A stretch of 56,629 nucleotides of DNA from Candidatus Poribacteria bacterium (GCA_012270875.1 JAAXHI010000558.1:1952-58580); one strand, 5' to 3'. Shown: positions 17,835 to 27,121, counted from the first letter of the stretch. The notes: generated by a model not told the origin, from the sequence alone. Program-made: numbers and translations.

Positions 17835-18659
17835 ATGAAACGACATCTTATACTAACCCCTTATCTGATGTGCTTACTTCTCATAAGCACACTCTGTCTG
17901 CTTACAGCAGAAATGCAGGACGTATCCGCTGAAGCCTTAGATCCGGATTTGGTCGTGTATTTCGATTATGAAGACTTCAAGGGAAAGACCGTCTTTGAAA
18001 AATCCGGACGCGGCTATGACGGTGAGATCAACGGGGATATCACACAATCCGATGACGGGAAGTTCGGCAAAGCCGGTCATTTTGAAGCCGGCAGCTTCCT
18101 CGATTTAGATGGCGCTAATGTTGATCCTGACGATATTCCCACTGAAGGCATGAGCGTCGTCGCTTGGATTAATGTTGAATCTATCTCAGATATGGCACTT
18201 TTCAACGCACGCGCAGCCGACGGCACCTGGCTTGTACACCCAGAAGCACGGGGCGATGGAAATTACCGTTGGCTCAATCGGGGTCCTAACCCCGGTAGGA
18301 CCATATTTGACATCCGGGCAGGCGAAAACAAAGCCAATCAATGGCAGCATTACGCCGGCACCTACAGTCGCGCTGACGCAAAAGCCGTGCTCTACATCAA
18401 CGGCAAACAAGTCGGTCAAGAAGCGTCCCGCCTTGACACGCCTATCGCAGACAACTGGGGCCAAGGCGCACGTGTCGGTTTCAACATCGACAACAAGCGC
18501 CCTTTCACCGGACTCATGGACGACCTCAACGTCTGGAAACGTGGCTTGACAGAAGAAGAAGTCAATATGATTATGAACGACGGCGTTGACGCGTTTCTTG
18601 CCGTCGAAGCACAAGGGAAACTCACCACGACCTGGGGAAAACTTAAGGCATCAAAGTAA
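17835..18659 (+). CDS. Secreted LamG-domain protein with 'GKLTTTWGKLK' tail, tandem paralog 2
   Basis: 274 aa. It has the conserved RBS block 'ttcatctaaaggagg' and a signal peptide. It is highly similar to paralogs 1 and 3. Confidence 0.85.
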   Translation: MKRHLILTPYLMCLLLISTLCLLTAEMQDVSAEALDPDLVVYFDYEDFKGKTVFEKSGRGYDGEINGDITQSDDGKFGKAGHFEAGSFLDLDGANVDPDDIPTEGMSVVAWINVESISDMALFNARAADGTWLVHPEARGDGNYRWLNRGPNPGRTIFDIRAGENKANQWQHYAGTYSRADAKAVLYINGKQVGQEASRLDTPIADNWGQGARVGFNIDNKRPFTGLMDDLNVWKRGLTEEEVNMIMNDGVDAFLAVEAQGKLTTTWGKLKASK

Positions 18660-18816
18660 AATGAGACCTATCAAAAAGGTTTAACCCATTAAAACTGTTC
18701 TGTGGTGTCGGATACATCTGCGGTTTACACGAATGGAGAATGGTAAACTTTAATGCAGATGGTTATATGTTGTAAAAAAGTAAAGGAATAGTTCATCTAA
18801 AGGAGGACCCCAAAAG

Positions 18817-19641
18817 ATGAAACGAAATCTTATACTAACCCCTTACCTAATGTGTTTATTTCTCATAGGCACGCTCTGCCTGCTTATGGCAGACATTCAG
18901 GACGCATCCGCTCAAATTTTAGATCCGGATTTGGTCCTGTATTTCGATTACGAAAACTTCGACGGAAATACCGTCCTTGAAAAATCTGGACGTGGCTACG
19001 ATGGCGAGATTAATGGCGATGTCACACAAGCCGATGACGGGAAATTCGGCAAAGCCGCCCATTTCGCCGCCAACAGTTTCCTCGATTTAGACGGCCCCAA
19101 TGTTAAGGCTGAGGATATTCCAACCGAAGGCATGAGTCTCCTCGCGTGGATTAACGTTGAATCCGTATCCGATATGGCACTTTTCAACGCACGCGCAACC
19201 GATGGCACCTGGCTCGTACACCCAGAAGCACGGGGCGACGGAAACTTCCGTTGGCTCAACCGGGGGCCCAACCCCGGTAGAACGATATTTGATATCCGCG
19301 CTGGCAAAAACGAAGCCAATAAATGGCAGCATTACGCTGGCACGTTCAGTTACGCAGACGAATTAGCCGTGCTCTACATCAACGGTGAAAAGGTCGGTGA
19401 AGAAAAGTCTCGCCTTGACACGCTTATCGCTGACAACTGGGGGCAGGGTGCACGGGTCGGTTTTAACATCGACGATAAACGTCCTTTCACCGGACTCATG
19501 GACGAATTTAACCTCTGGAAACGCGGGTTGTCAGAGCAAGAAGTCCTTGACATCATGACCAACGGCGTCGCAGCAACGCTCACCGCAGTCGATCCGCAAG
19601 GTAAACTCGCGACTACATGGGGCAAGCTCAAAGCCAACTAA
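18817..19641 (+). CDS. Secreted LamG-domain protein with 'GKLATTWGKLK' tail, tandem paralog 3
   Basis: 274 aa. It has the conserved RBS block and a signal peptide. The terminal sequence is 'AVDPQGKLATTWGKLKAN'. Confidence 0.85.
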   Translation: MKRNLILTPYLMCLFLIGTLCLLMADIQDASAQILDPDLVLYFDYENFDGNTVLEKSGRGYDGEINGDVTQADDGKFGKAAHFAANSFLDLDGPNVKAEDIPTEGMSLLAWINVESVSDMALFNARATDGTWLVHPEARGDGNFRWLNRGPNPGRTIFDIRAGKNEANKWQHYAGTFSYADELAVLYINGEKVGEEKSRLDTLIADNWGQGARVGFNIDDKRPFTGLMDEFNLWKRGLSEQEVLDIMTNGVAATLTAVDPQGKLATTWGKLKAN

Positions 19642-19672
19642 CGAAAATGGGATGGATTTAAACCGTTTTCTG

Positions 19673-19699
19673 AGAGGCGCGCTCCAGCAGCGCGCCTCT
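19673..19699. terminator. GC-rich hairpin between convergent genes (possible bidirectional terminator)
   Basis: An 11-bp perfect stem (agaggcgcgct / agcgcgcctct) with a 5-nt loop. The flanking T-runs are weak. Confidence 0.5.
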
Positions 19700-19764
19700 T
19701 AAATTCGCGTAAATCCTAATGAGAGAAGGACACACGGCTATTCGGTTAGAAAGGCAGGAACGGG

Positions 19765-20052
19765 TTATAGATCGGATGGCTTGGACGGTGGATCCGCTTC
19801 CTGAGCGTCAGGCACCGTGGTAGCCTCTGAAAGCCTATACTCGCTGAGTAACTCGGTGAGATAATCCGCTTGTGAAAGCAATTCCGTATTGACACGGATA
19901 CTCGCTTCATGGAACCAATAGACTTTACCGCGCCGATAGTAACACTGTAAGTGTTCAGCGTTAACTGCCCATTTAAGAACTTCAGGTGAGATATCGAGCA
20001 TCGCTGCCGCTTCCTCTAAGTTATACTCAACAACGGCATTGCGCATTTGCAT
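19765..20052 (-). CDS. Small helix-turn-helix DNA-binding protein (excisionase/MerR-like HTH)
   Basis: 95 aa. The segment 'NLEEAAAMLDISPEVLKWAVNAEHLQCYYRRGKVYWF' resembles excisionase-type HTH_17 proteins. Confidence 0.55.
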   Translation of the reverse strand: MQMRNAVVEYNLEEAAAMLDISPEVLKWAVNAEHLQCYYRRGKVYWFHEASIRVNTELLSQADYLTELLSEYRLSEATTVPDAQEADPPSKPSDL

Positions 20053-20144
20053 CTTTTCATCTCCAATTTACCACTACAAGGCAGAATTTCGTGCTTCGCG
20101 AAATTATAAGAGATACAACATCATAGGTCAAGCGGAATTTCACA

Positions 20145-20762
20145 ATGCAGTACAAGTATGTAAGTTACAACTTCGCAAGATATTTTAAACCGTGGTTGAT
20201 ATGCAGCCTAATCCTCTGTAGTTTTATAACAGGCTTAGATGTAGCCGCTGAAAATTTCTTATCGCGCTGGGATCAAACACTTTTTGATCGTATCTACGAT
20301 GCACCGCCACGCCAAGAACCGATATGGACAGGTATGGAAGGCATCTCAAGGCTCGGAGACTACCGAGGCGTGATGGGTGTCTCAATCCTCCTGATGGCTT
20401 ATGGAAATGAATCGCACCGAGAAACCGGACGACTCCTGTCTTCAGCATATCTGGGAGCAGGCGTCATAACGTATGGGATGAAAAGGTTGATTGGAAGGAA
20501 ACGACCCCTTGATGAGACGCTGGGGAATCCAGCAATGCCGTCGGGACACGCATCCATTGCGTTCAGCGTTGCGACGATTTTAGGGTATCGGTACCCGAAA
20601 TGGCGAATTCCACTCTATATCGGTGCTGGACTCGTCAGTTTTTCGCGGGTCTATTTAGGACGGCATTATACTTCAGATGTCGTCGTCGGGGCAGCAATCG
20701 GCACCGCGACAGGGATACTCGTCTGGCATAACCGCGTTACGTTGTTAAAATGGGAGTTTTAG
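20145..20762 (+). CDS. PAP2-family membrane phosphatase
   Basis: 205 aa. All three PAP2 motifs are present: 'KRLIGRKRP', 'PSGH' and 'SRVYLGRHYTSDV'. Confidence 0.87.
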   Translation: MQYKYVSYNFARYFKPWLICSLILCSFITGLDVAAENFLSRWDQTLFDRIYDAPPRQEPIWTGMEGISRLGDYRGVMGVSILLMAYGNESHRETGRLLSSAYLGAGVITYGMKRLIGRKRPLDETLGNPAMPSGHASIAFSVATILGYRYPKWRIPLYIGAGLVSFSRVYLGRHYTSDVVVGAAIGTATGILVWHNRVTLLKWEF

Positions 20763-20848
20763 GATTTTCAAAGCCGTTGTTCAATCGAATTAGAGTAGAT
20801 TTCACAATTAACGAGATAGCGTCAATTATGGTACTGGAACTAAAATCC

Positions 20849-20877
20849 TTGACAATAAAATTCGGGATGCGTAAAAT
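20849..20877 (+). promoter_or_regulatory. Sigma70-like promoter (TTGACA-N17-TAAAAT)
   Basis: TTGACA at 20849-20854, a 17-nt spacer, TAAAAT at 20872-20877. An AGGAGG RBS and the ATG at 20902 follow. Confidence 0.55.
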
Positions 20878-20901
20878 ATATGACACAGGAGGGTGAGAAT
20901 C

Positions 20902-21669
20902 ATGACTTATCGGAAAAATCACAGATTCTTCGGGACTCAGATTATATATAGTATCGGTTTGCTTCTTCTAACGGGAGCACTGTTGGCAGGATGCGCTGCT
21001 GCACCACAACCCTCAATCGATATCTATATGGAGCCTGTTGCAGAACGTTTTAACGCTCAGATTGATCCAGAGACGGGGGCAGCGACTGTTGTGAAAAAGG
21101 GAGTCGCCGTTACCATTAAACCGATTGATGAAATTGAACTGTTTGAACTCACCGACGATCCGAAAGCGAACCCCTATCTCATTGTCGAGAGAAATGGGGC
21201 TGTTGAGCCTATCTATACAGTGTTTGAAATTGTCGTTCACAACCGCAAAAATCGCCGCGTCGTCTTTGACGACACAGCAGTGCTAATGGATGCAAACGGC
21301 GTGCAATACGCCAATCTACCGAACGATTACTTTGATGAACTTTACGACAATGTGAACCTTGGACATCGTAATCCTTGGGGTGGGGTTCATCCTTATGCGC
21401 GTACTGTCTACCCCGCCTACTACGGTTACTACCAATCCTATGTCGATGCTGAGGCGTTAGAGTGGGGACGCGTTGTGATAGAGGACAGTATCCTTAAAAG
21501 CGGGAAGTTGTTCTCCGGCGCGAAACGGAGCGGCTTCTTAATCTTCGATCGGCTTGAGAGTGATGCTACCGACCTCAGAGTTGTTGTACCGGGTGTTCGG
21601 ATCGTCCATTCAAACGGTAAAGAGGATAAATTAGAATTTAAAATTGACTTTAGACAGGTCTTGCCGTAA
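20902..21669 (+). CDS. Lipoprotein, hypothetical
   Basis: Track ORF 20893..21669. The ATG at 20902 is preferred because of its spacing from AGGAGG. The lipobox is 'LLAGC'. No domain is recognised. Confidence 0.6.
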   Translation: MTYRKNHRFFGTQIIYSIGLLLLTGALLAGCAAAPQPSIDIYMEPVAERFNAQIDPETGAATVVKKGVAVTIKPIDEIELFELTDDPKANPYLIVERNGAVEPIYTVFEIVVHNRKNRRVVFDDTAVLMDANGVQYANLPNDYFDELYDNVNLGHRNPWGGVHPYARTVYPAYYGYYQSYVDAEALEWGRVVIEDSILKSGKLFSGAKRSGFLIFDRLESDATDLRVVVPGVRIVHSNGKEDKLEFKIDFRQVLP

Positions 21670-21747
21670 AATAATCGTAATCTTAACAATTTGATTCGGA
21701 TTGATAGCACGCAAGATTTGTCAGACAAACAAGGGAGCATACACAAG

Positions 21748-22929
21748 ATGAAAAATTGGCTTATAGGATTGCTGGTAATCGGACTCGTATCCGTTTTCGG
21801 ATGTCAACCCACCAGCAAAGACCAACAGACAACCCAAGGTGAGGTTAGAATCGCTGTGGCTGGACCCTTTACAGGTAATGCAGCAGCATTTGGAGAGATG
21901 ATTAAACGGGGTGCCGAGCTCAGGGCAAAACACGTCAATGATGCTGGCGGCATCAAAGGTATGAAGTTAACACTCGTTCCCGGGGATGATACCGGGACAG
22001 AAAAGGAAGCAATATCTGTTGCCACGCGCTTCGCCACTGACCGACGAATCCTCGCGGTCGTCGGGCACTTTAACAGCGCGTGTTCCTTAGCAGGTAAACC
22101 CATTTACGCAGATAACGGGATCGTTGAATTGTCTCCAGGTTCAACAAATGTAAGCGTCTGTGAAGGGAGCGATTGGACTTTTCGGAATTTGTATCGAGAT
22201 GATTTTCAGGGGAAGTTCATCGCTAAATATATTAAGGACTACATGAAAGAGTTTCAGACCGTCGCCATCCTGTTTGATAACGACGACTATGGACGTGGAC
22301 TTCGGGACGGTTTCAGTGCCGCTGCTGAAGAAATTGGAATTGAGATTGTTGCCTCTGAAGCCTACGACCGAGACAATACCGATTTTAAAGCACAACTCAC
22401 CAGTATTAAAGCGAAGAACCCAGACCTTATCTTCATCTCCGGTCTTTACAGTCAAGCAGGACTCATCGCGAAACAGGCGCGTGAGACTGGAATTACCGCA
22501 CAGTTTTTCGGAGCTGATGGTGTGGATTCTCCAGATTTCCTCATAATTGCAGGTGCTGCTGCAGAAGGAACATACCTAACAACACCATTTACGTTTGAAT
22601 TAGGTGGGGAAAACGCAAAACAGGTCGCTTCATCATTTGAGGATGAATACGGTGTTCCACCGGATACATGGGCCGCGCTAACTTACGATGCCGTGGGCAT
22701 GATTGTGGAAGCAATTGAGAAAACCTATAATAAGGATGCCACCCTCGCCGAAAATCGAAAAGCCATCCGCGATCATTTGGCATCATTAGACACGCCAGAA
22801 GAAGGGTACAAAGGCATTACCGGATTAACCTATTTTGACAAAAACGGGGACACTGTTAATAAACCCGCCTACGTTAAAATTGTTAAAGATGGTGAATTCA
22901 CGACCGCTCCACAGCAAGTGCTCGATTAA
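21748..22929 (+). CDS. Branched-chain amino acid ABC transporter substrate-binding (lipo)protein, LivJ/LivK family
   Basis: Track ORF is trimmed to the ATG at 21748 (RBS AAGGGAG). The lipobox is 'SVFGC'. 'IRIAVAGPFTGNAAAFG' is typical of Peripla_BP_6 proteins. Confidence 0.85.
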   Translation: MKNWLIGLLVIGLVSVFGCQPTSKDQQTTQGEVRIAVAGPFTGNAAAFGEMIKRGAELRAKHVNDAGGIKGMKLTLVPGDDTGTEKEAISVATRFATDRRILAVVGHFNSACSLAGKPIYADNGIVELSPGSTNVSVCEGSDWTFRNLYRDDFQGKFIAKYIKDYMKEFQTVAILFDNDDYGRGLRDGFSAAAEEIGIEIVASEAYDRDNTDFKAQLTSIKAKNPDLIFISGLYSQAGLIAKQARETGITAQFFGADGVDSPDFLIIAGAAAEGTYLTTPFTFELGGENAKQVASSFEDEYGVPPDTWAALTYDAVGMIVEAIEKTYNKDATLAENRKAIRDHLASLDTPEEGYKGITGLTYFDKNGDTVNKPAYVKIVKDGEFTTAPQQVLD

Positions 22930-23001
22930 GAATCTCAAGGCTGAAATACTGAGATTTTCGCTAATTCTTCTAAAGGACATACAACAGGACCGTTAAGAAT
23001 T

Positions 23002-23946
23002 ATGGAGCTATTTTCACAGCAACTGATTAATGCCCTTGTGCTTGGTGGTATCTATGCTCTTATTGCTGTCGGTTACACGATGGTTTATGGCATCATTGAG
23101 CTGATTAACTTCGCACACGGCGAAATTTTCATGTTTGGTGCCTACTTCGCCTTCACCCTGGTCACGGGATTTAACTTGCCATTTTGGGCAGCAGTTCCGA
23201 TCAGTATGCTCCTCTGTGCTGGCATCGGAATGTTGATGGACCTCGTCGCCTATCGACCGCTTCGTAACGCAGCACGTCTCTCAGCATTAATTACAGCAAT
23301 AGGTGTTTCAATCGGTCTGCAAAATCTCGCCCGAATTATTTGGGGGGCAAGGCAGCGTCCTTTCCCACCAGAGTCTCTACCAACCTTTTTAAGACAGGGC
23401 ATCCCGCCGAGCGAACCGCTACCAGCATTCTCCTTCACCGAGACGGCGATCGCACTCCCCGGCGGTGCTTTCCTACCTTACCGAGACTTATGTATTATTC
23501 TCCTCGCGCTTATCCTGATGATCGCCTTAAATCGGCTGGTCTCCTTAACAAAGATAGGTAAAGCGATGCGGGCTTGTGCACAAAATCGGGTCGCCGCCAA
23601 TTTGATGGGTATCAATACCAACCGTGTTATCGTCATAACGTTCGCTATCGGTTCCGCTTTAGGAGCCGTCGCAGGGGTGATGGTCGGCATGAAAGAAATT
23701 ATTGAACCAACGATGGGATACTATAAGGGGGTCGCAGCATTTGCCGCAGCTGTCCTCGGTGGAATTGGAAATATCACGGGTGCCATGCTTGGAGGACTAC
23801 TTATAGGATTTGCTGAAGTATTTGGGGCTGGCTACATCCCCGGCGGTTCCGGGTACCGGGTAGCTATTCCCTATATTGTCATGATTGTCGTTATTATAAT
23901 CCGACCCTCTGGACTCTTTGGAAAATCAACCGCAACCCGTGCCTAA
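23002..23946 (+). CDS. livH: Branched-chain amino acid ABC transporter permease
   Basis: 314 aa. The N-terminus 'QQLINALVLGGIYALIAVGYTMVYG' is typical of LivH. Confidence 0.9.
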   Translation: MELFSQQLINALVLGGIYALIAVGYTMVYGIIELINFAHGEIFMFGAYFAFTLVTGFNLPFWAAVPISMLLCAGIGMLMDLVAYRPLRNAARLSALITAIGVSIGLQNLARIIWGARQRPFPPESLPTFLRQGIPPSEPLPAFSFTETAIALPGGAFLPYRDLCIILLALILMIALNRLVSLTKIGKAMRACAQNRVAANLMGINTNRVIVITFAIGSALGAVAGVMVGMKEIIEPTMGYYKGVAAFAAAVLGGIGNITGAMLGGLLIGFAEVFGAGYIPGGSGYRVAIPYIVMIVVIIIRPSGLFGKSTATRA

Positions 23947-23973
23947 ACTCGGAGGCAGCGCGGAGACACGTTT

Positions 23974-24987
23974 ATGAATCTTGAAACCATACGAGGTCAA
24001 CTAACAACCAAAAACATAATCTTTGGGCTTCTAATCTGTTTCTTCCCGTTACTCATGTATGCAGTGGATTACATTACCCTGTTACTGTCCTATCGGGACA
24101 TCTATCTTCCAACACCCAGTGGAGATTACGTCCTCCGTATTGTTGTTCAAGTCGCCCTCTACACACTCCTCGCCGTCGGGCTAAATATCGTTTGTGGATT
24201 TACAGGGTTGTTAGACCTCGGCTACGCTGGGTTTTATCTCGTGGGAGCATATACTGCGGGTCTTCTGATGGTGAGGCTTGGATTTAGTTACTGGATAGCT
24301 TTACCGTTAGCTATTCTGAATGGCGGAATTTGGGGATTGTTACGCGGGGCACCTACCCTACGACTCACCGGCGACTATTTCGCAATTGTCACCTTCGGGT
24401 TCGCAGAATTTCTCCGTATCGCTGTAAAAAATGAAATATGGTTGATCGGAGATATCAACGGATTCGTCAAAAACATCCCACACGTCACGTTTCTCGGAAT
24501 AGAACTCAAGCAGAATTGGCACCACTATTACCATATCCTCATCTTACTTGCTCTGGTCATATTCGTTACCTACCGGTTACAGCATTCCCGCATTGGTAGA
24601 GCATGGGTTGCTATCCGAGAAGATGAACAAGCCGCAGCATCTATGGGTATCAACGTCAGCCGATACAAGTCGCTCGCTTTCGCTGTCAGCGCAGCTATTG
24701 GCGGACTCGGGGGCGCCTTTTTGGCACCGTTCTGGTCAATCATCAGCGCGAAAACCTTTGAATTTTGGGAATCCATCCTCATCCTCTGTATGGTCATCCT
24801 CGGCGGTAAGGGCAGCATCAAGGGATCTATTATAGGGGCAATCATCATCGCTTCCTTAAGTGAAATCCTACGAGAAATTCTCGCCAACTTCCCTCAATTT
24901 AGCGGTGGACGCTATCTGATCTTCGGGATTATCTTGGTATTGTTGATGCGCTATCGTCCGGACGGCTTGATCTTCAAAAAGGCATAA
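23974..24987 (+). CDS. livM: Branched-chain amino acid ABC transporter permease
   Basis: 337 aa. 'GLLDLGYAGFYLVGAYTA' and 'IREDEQAAASMGINV' are typical of LivM. Confidence 0.9.
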   Translation: MNLETIRGQLTTKNIIFGLLICFFPLLMYAVDYITLLLSYRDIYLPTPSGDYVLRIVVQVALYTLLAVGLNIVCGFTGLLDLGYAGFYLVGAYTAGLLMVRLGFSYWIALPLAILNGGIWGLLRGAPTLRLTGDYFAIVTFGFAEFLRIAVKNEIWLIGDINGFVKNIPHVTFLGIELKQNWHHYYHILILLALVIFVTYRLQHSRIGRAWVAIREDEQAAASMGINVSRYKSLAFAVSAAIGGLGGAFLAPFWSIISAKTFEFWESILILCMVILGGKGSIKGSIIGAIIIASLSEILREILANFPQFSGGRYLIFGIILVLLMRYRPDGLIFKKA

Positions 24988-25034
24988 TACGATCACACGC
25001 GTCGGAATATCCTACCGCACGATACGCGGCATTT

Positions 25035-26063
25035 TTAACGTTGCGACCTACGAGACCATAATGTAAAGTGCAACACCTCACAGATAAGCAGAACTAACGC
25101 ACCCGCAACAAATAACTGAAAGCGATCCTGATATTCGCCATCTGCGCGGATTCGGAACTTCTGCTTTTCGAGGCGTGCTAAGTCCGTCGCTAACTCGGTA
25201 ATTCCCGCTGTTGCGTGATGGTAGTTACCGTTCCCCTCCTTAGCAATTTCTTGCAGATGCGTTTCATCTAATGCCGTTAACACAAGCTGCCCACTGGTAT
25301 CTCGCTTGTATGGCGTAGCCTCTGTCGCAACACCCGACTGAAGTGGAATCGGCACAGCCCTGATAGGGTCGCCGATACCGATGCAATAGATATACACACC
25401 CTCCCCTGTTGCCGCTTTTGCTGCCGCAACGGCATCTCCACCGTGGTCCTCTCCATCTGTAAACAGGATGAGCACCTTCTGTCCTCCGAAATCAGATGCT
25501 ATTCCTGTATCTTTTTGATCTGAAATCAGACGCTCAGTTGCTATCTCAATAGCGTTGCCAATACGGGTACCACTATGAACAAGCGTATCCGCCGTTACCG
25601 CCGCTAAGAACTCTCTAAGCGTACCAGTATCACTGGTCAAAGGGCATACCACAAAACTCGATTCGGCAAAGTAAAGGAGTCCGATCCGGTCCCCTTCAAG
25701 CGCATCTAATAGTGAAAGCATCATCTCCTTAGCGTGCGCAAGTCGCCGAACAGATTTATCATCTTCTGCAAGCATACTCGTCGAAACGTCCAGTGCGAGC
25801 ATAACATCCAACCGCTCCGCGACGGCTTCAGATTTTGCACCCCACTGTGGACGTGCCATTGCAAGCACCACAAACAGATAACTTAGCAGCAACAACCCAG
25901 CTTGAATTTTATGTCGTTGTAGATGTCCGGGATCCACACCGGTGTGAAATTGGCGGAGTGCCCTCTGTTTTTGTCGCAGTCCAAAGAGAAGTAAGAAAAT
26001 TAAAGGCGGCACTAACCATAGGAGATGGAGTAATTCAGGATTACCAAAACGGAGCCAGTTCAT
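25035..26063 (-). CDS. VWA-domain membrane protein (BatA-like)
   Basis: 342 aa. The N-terminus 'FGNPELLHLLWLVPPL' is followed by TM helices. The MIDAS motif is 'LDVSTSM'. There is a C-terminal TM helix. Confidence 0.8.
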   Translation of the reverse strand: MNWLRFGNPELLHLLWLVPPLIFLLLFGLRQKQRALRQFHTGVDPGHLQRHKIQAGLLLLSYLFVVLAMARPQWGAKSEAVAERLDVMLALDVSTSMLAEDDKSVRRLAHAKEMMLSLLDALEGDRIGLLYFAESSFVVCPLTSDTGTLREFLAAVTADTLVHSGTRIGNAIEIATERLISDQKDTGIASDFGGQKVLILFTDGEDHGGDAVAAAKAATGEGVYIYCIGIGDPIRAVPIPLQSGVATEATPYKRDTSGQLVLTALDETHLQEIAKEGNGNYHHATAGITELATDLARLEKQKFRIRADGEYQDRFQLFVAGALVLLICEVLHFTLWSRRSQR

Positions 26064-26092
26064 GTTTTTAATTATTGTTAGGAATATACACG

Positions 26093-27121
26093 CTACAGGG
26101 ACGATAAAATAGAGTTCCGAACACGCTCAAAAATCTCAATCGCATAGTCCAGATGCGCTTTAGTAGCGATGTTGAAAGAGATACCGAAATTTTTGACTGT
26201 CACGTTAGGCAAATTGGCTCTGCACTCAACAATATGAAGTGGCGTAAAATCACCATGAACATCAACACGGAAATGCGTCGCTCTTCTTGACGGATATGTG
26301 TCAAGCCACCAATGTCCACCGATAGTCATCCGGAGTTTGGCAATACGCGGTCGAAGCGTTGCGCCGCATGTATCAACGTACGCCAGAAATTCGTTGGCAA
26401 TTTGCAAGAGTTCTTCGTTAACTTGTAGCGTTTCAATAAACGACGCGAACGTCATAAATTGCTGCGCTGTGTGTCCATAACTCCGCTCTTCTTCCTTGAC
26501 GACCTTACCACCTAAGACAGTTTCGGTAGCGACCAAAATTTCATCAGGCGCGTGATAAGAAAAATAGGAGATATAGGTGAGATCAAGCCCCAAGGCGCGC
26601 AGATATTCTGCAACCTCTAAGACGCGCGTGTCCACACCTTCCGAAATAAGCACCAATCGCTGCCGTTGATTAAAGGCTGATTTGCGGATATCACCCGGTT
26701 CATATCCAAAAAATTCGCTGTGCAGTGCGGTGAGCGTTGAGAATTCTTTGCCCTGCTGTTGGCACCATCGGTAAGCGAGCTGCTCCAATTCTATGAAAGA
26801 GAGTTGAGAAACGCCTGCTGCATACTCTAAAATCTGCGTGATCGCTGTCCTTGAGGGTTTACCACGCTTGAGTTCAATAATCACACAATTGCCCTGCCGG
26901 TCAAGTGCGAGTAGATCAATCTTCTGCTTCGACGTACTCAGCGGCGGCTGCCTGCTGATAACACAGAGCGGCTCCCCAAGCACCAATGTCGCATCCTTTT
27001 CAAGGAGATCCTCAAAATCGCGTTCTTCGCCAAAGCGCAGTGGCTCCAGTTTTCCAAATCTCCGGTCATCCCAACGGTAAACTTCCATGATTTCGCGTCC
27101 TAAAGGTAAAAATTCAGCCAT
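26093..27121 (-). CDS. PD-(D/E)xK nuclease-fold protein (NucS/DUF91-like core) with an extended C-terminal domain
   Basis: 342 aa. 'IDLLALDRQGNCVIIELKRGKPSRTAITQILEY' shows the D...ExK core. The start may instead be the internal ATG at 27088, because the 27121 start overlaps glpD by 22 nt. Confidence 0.5.
   Translation of the reverse strand: MAEFLPLGREIMEVYRWDDRRFGKLEPLRFGEERDFEDLLEKDATLVLGEPLCVISRQPPLSTSKQKIDLLALDRQGNCVIIELKRGKPSRTAITQILEYAAGVSQLSFIELEQLAYRWCQQQGKEFSTLTALHSEFFGYEPGDIRKSAFNQRQRLVLISEGVDTRVLEVAEYLRALGLDLTYISYFSYHAPDEILVATETVLGGKVVKEEERSYGHTAQQFMTFASFIETLQVNEELLQIANEFLAYVDTCGATLRPRIAKLRMTIGGHWWLDTYPSRRATHFRVDVHGDFTPLHIVECRANLPNVTVKNFGISFNIATKAHLDYAIEIFERVRNSILSSL

Noticed and set aside
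19765-20052. Excisionase-like HTH as a marker of a prophage or integrative element
   Set aside because: There is no integrase, tRNA gene, att-like direct repeats or phage/conjugation genes nearby. The flanking genes are ordinary chromosomal functions.
25035-26063. BatA-like VWA protein plus an AAA+ gene as a MoxR/VWA (Bat) system
   Set aside because: The only AAA+ gene lies 27 kb away, is not MoxR-like in length or motifs, and is separated by many unrelated genes. No DUF58 or other bat genes are adjacent.
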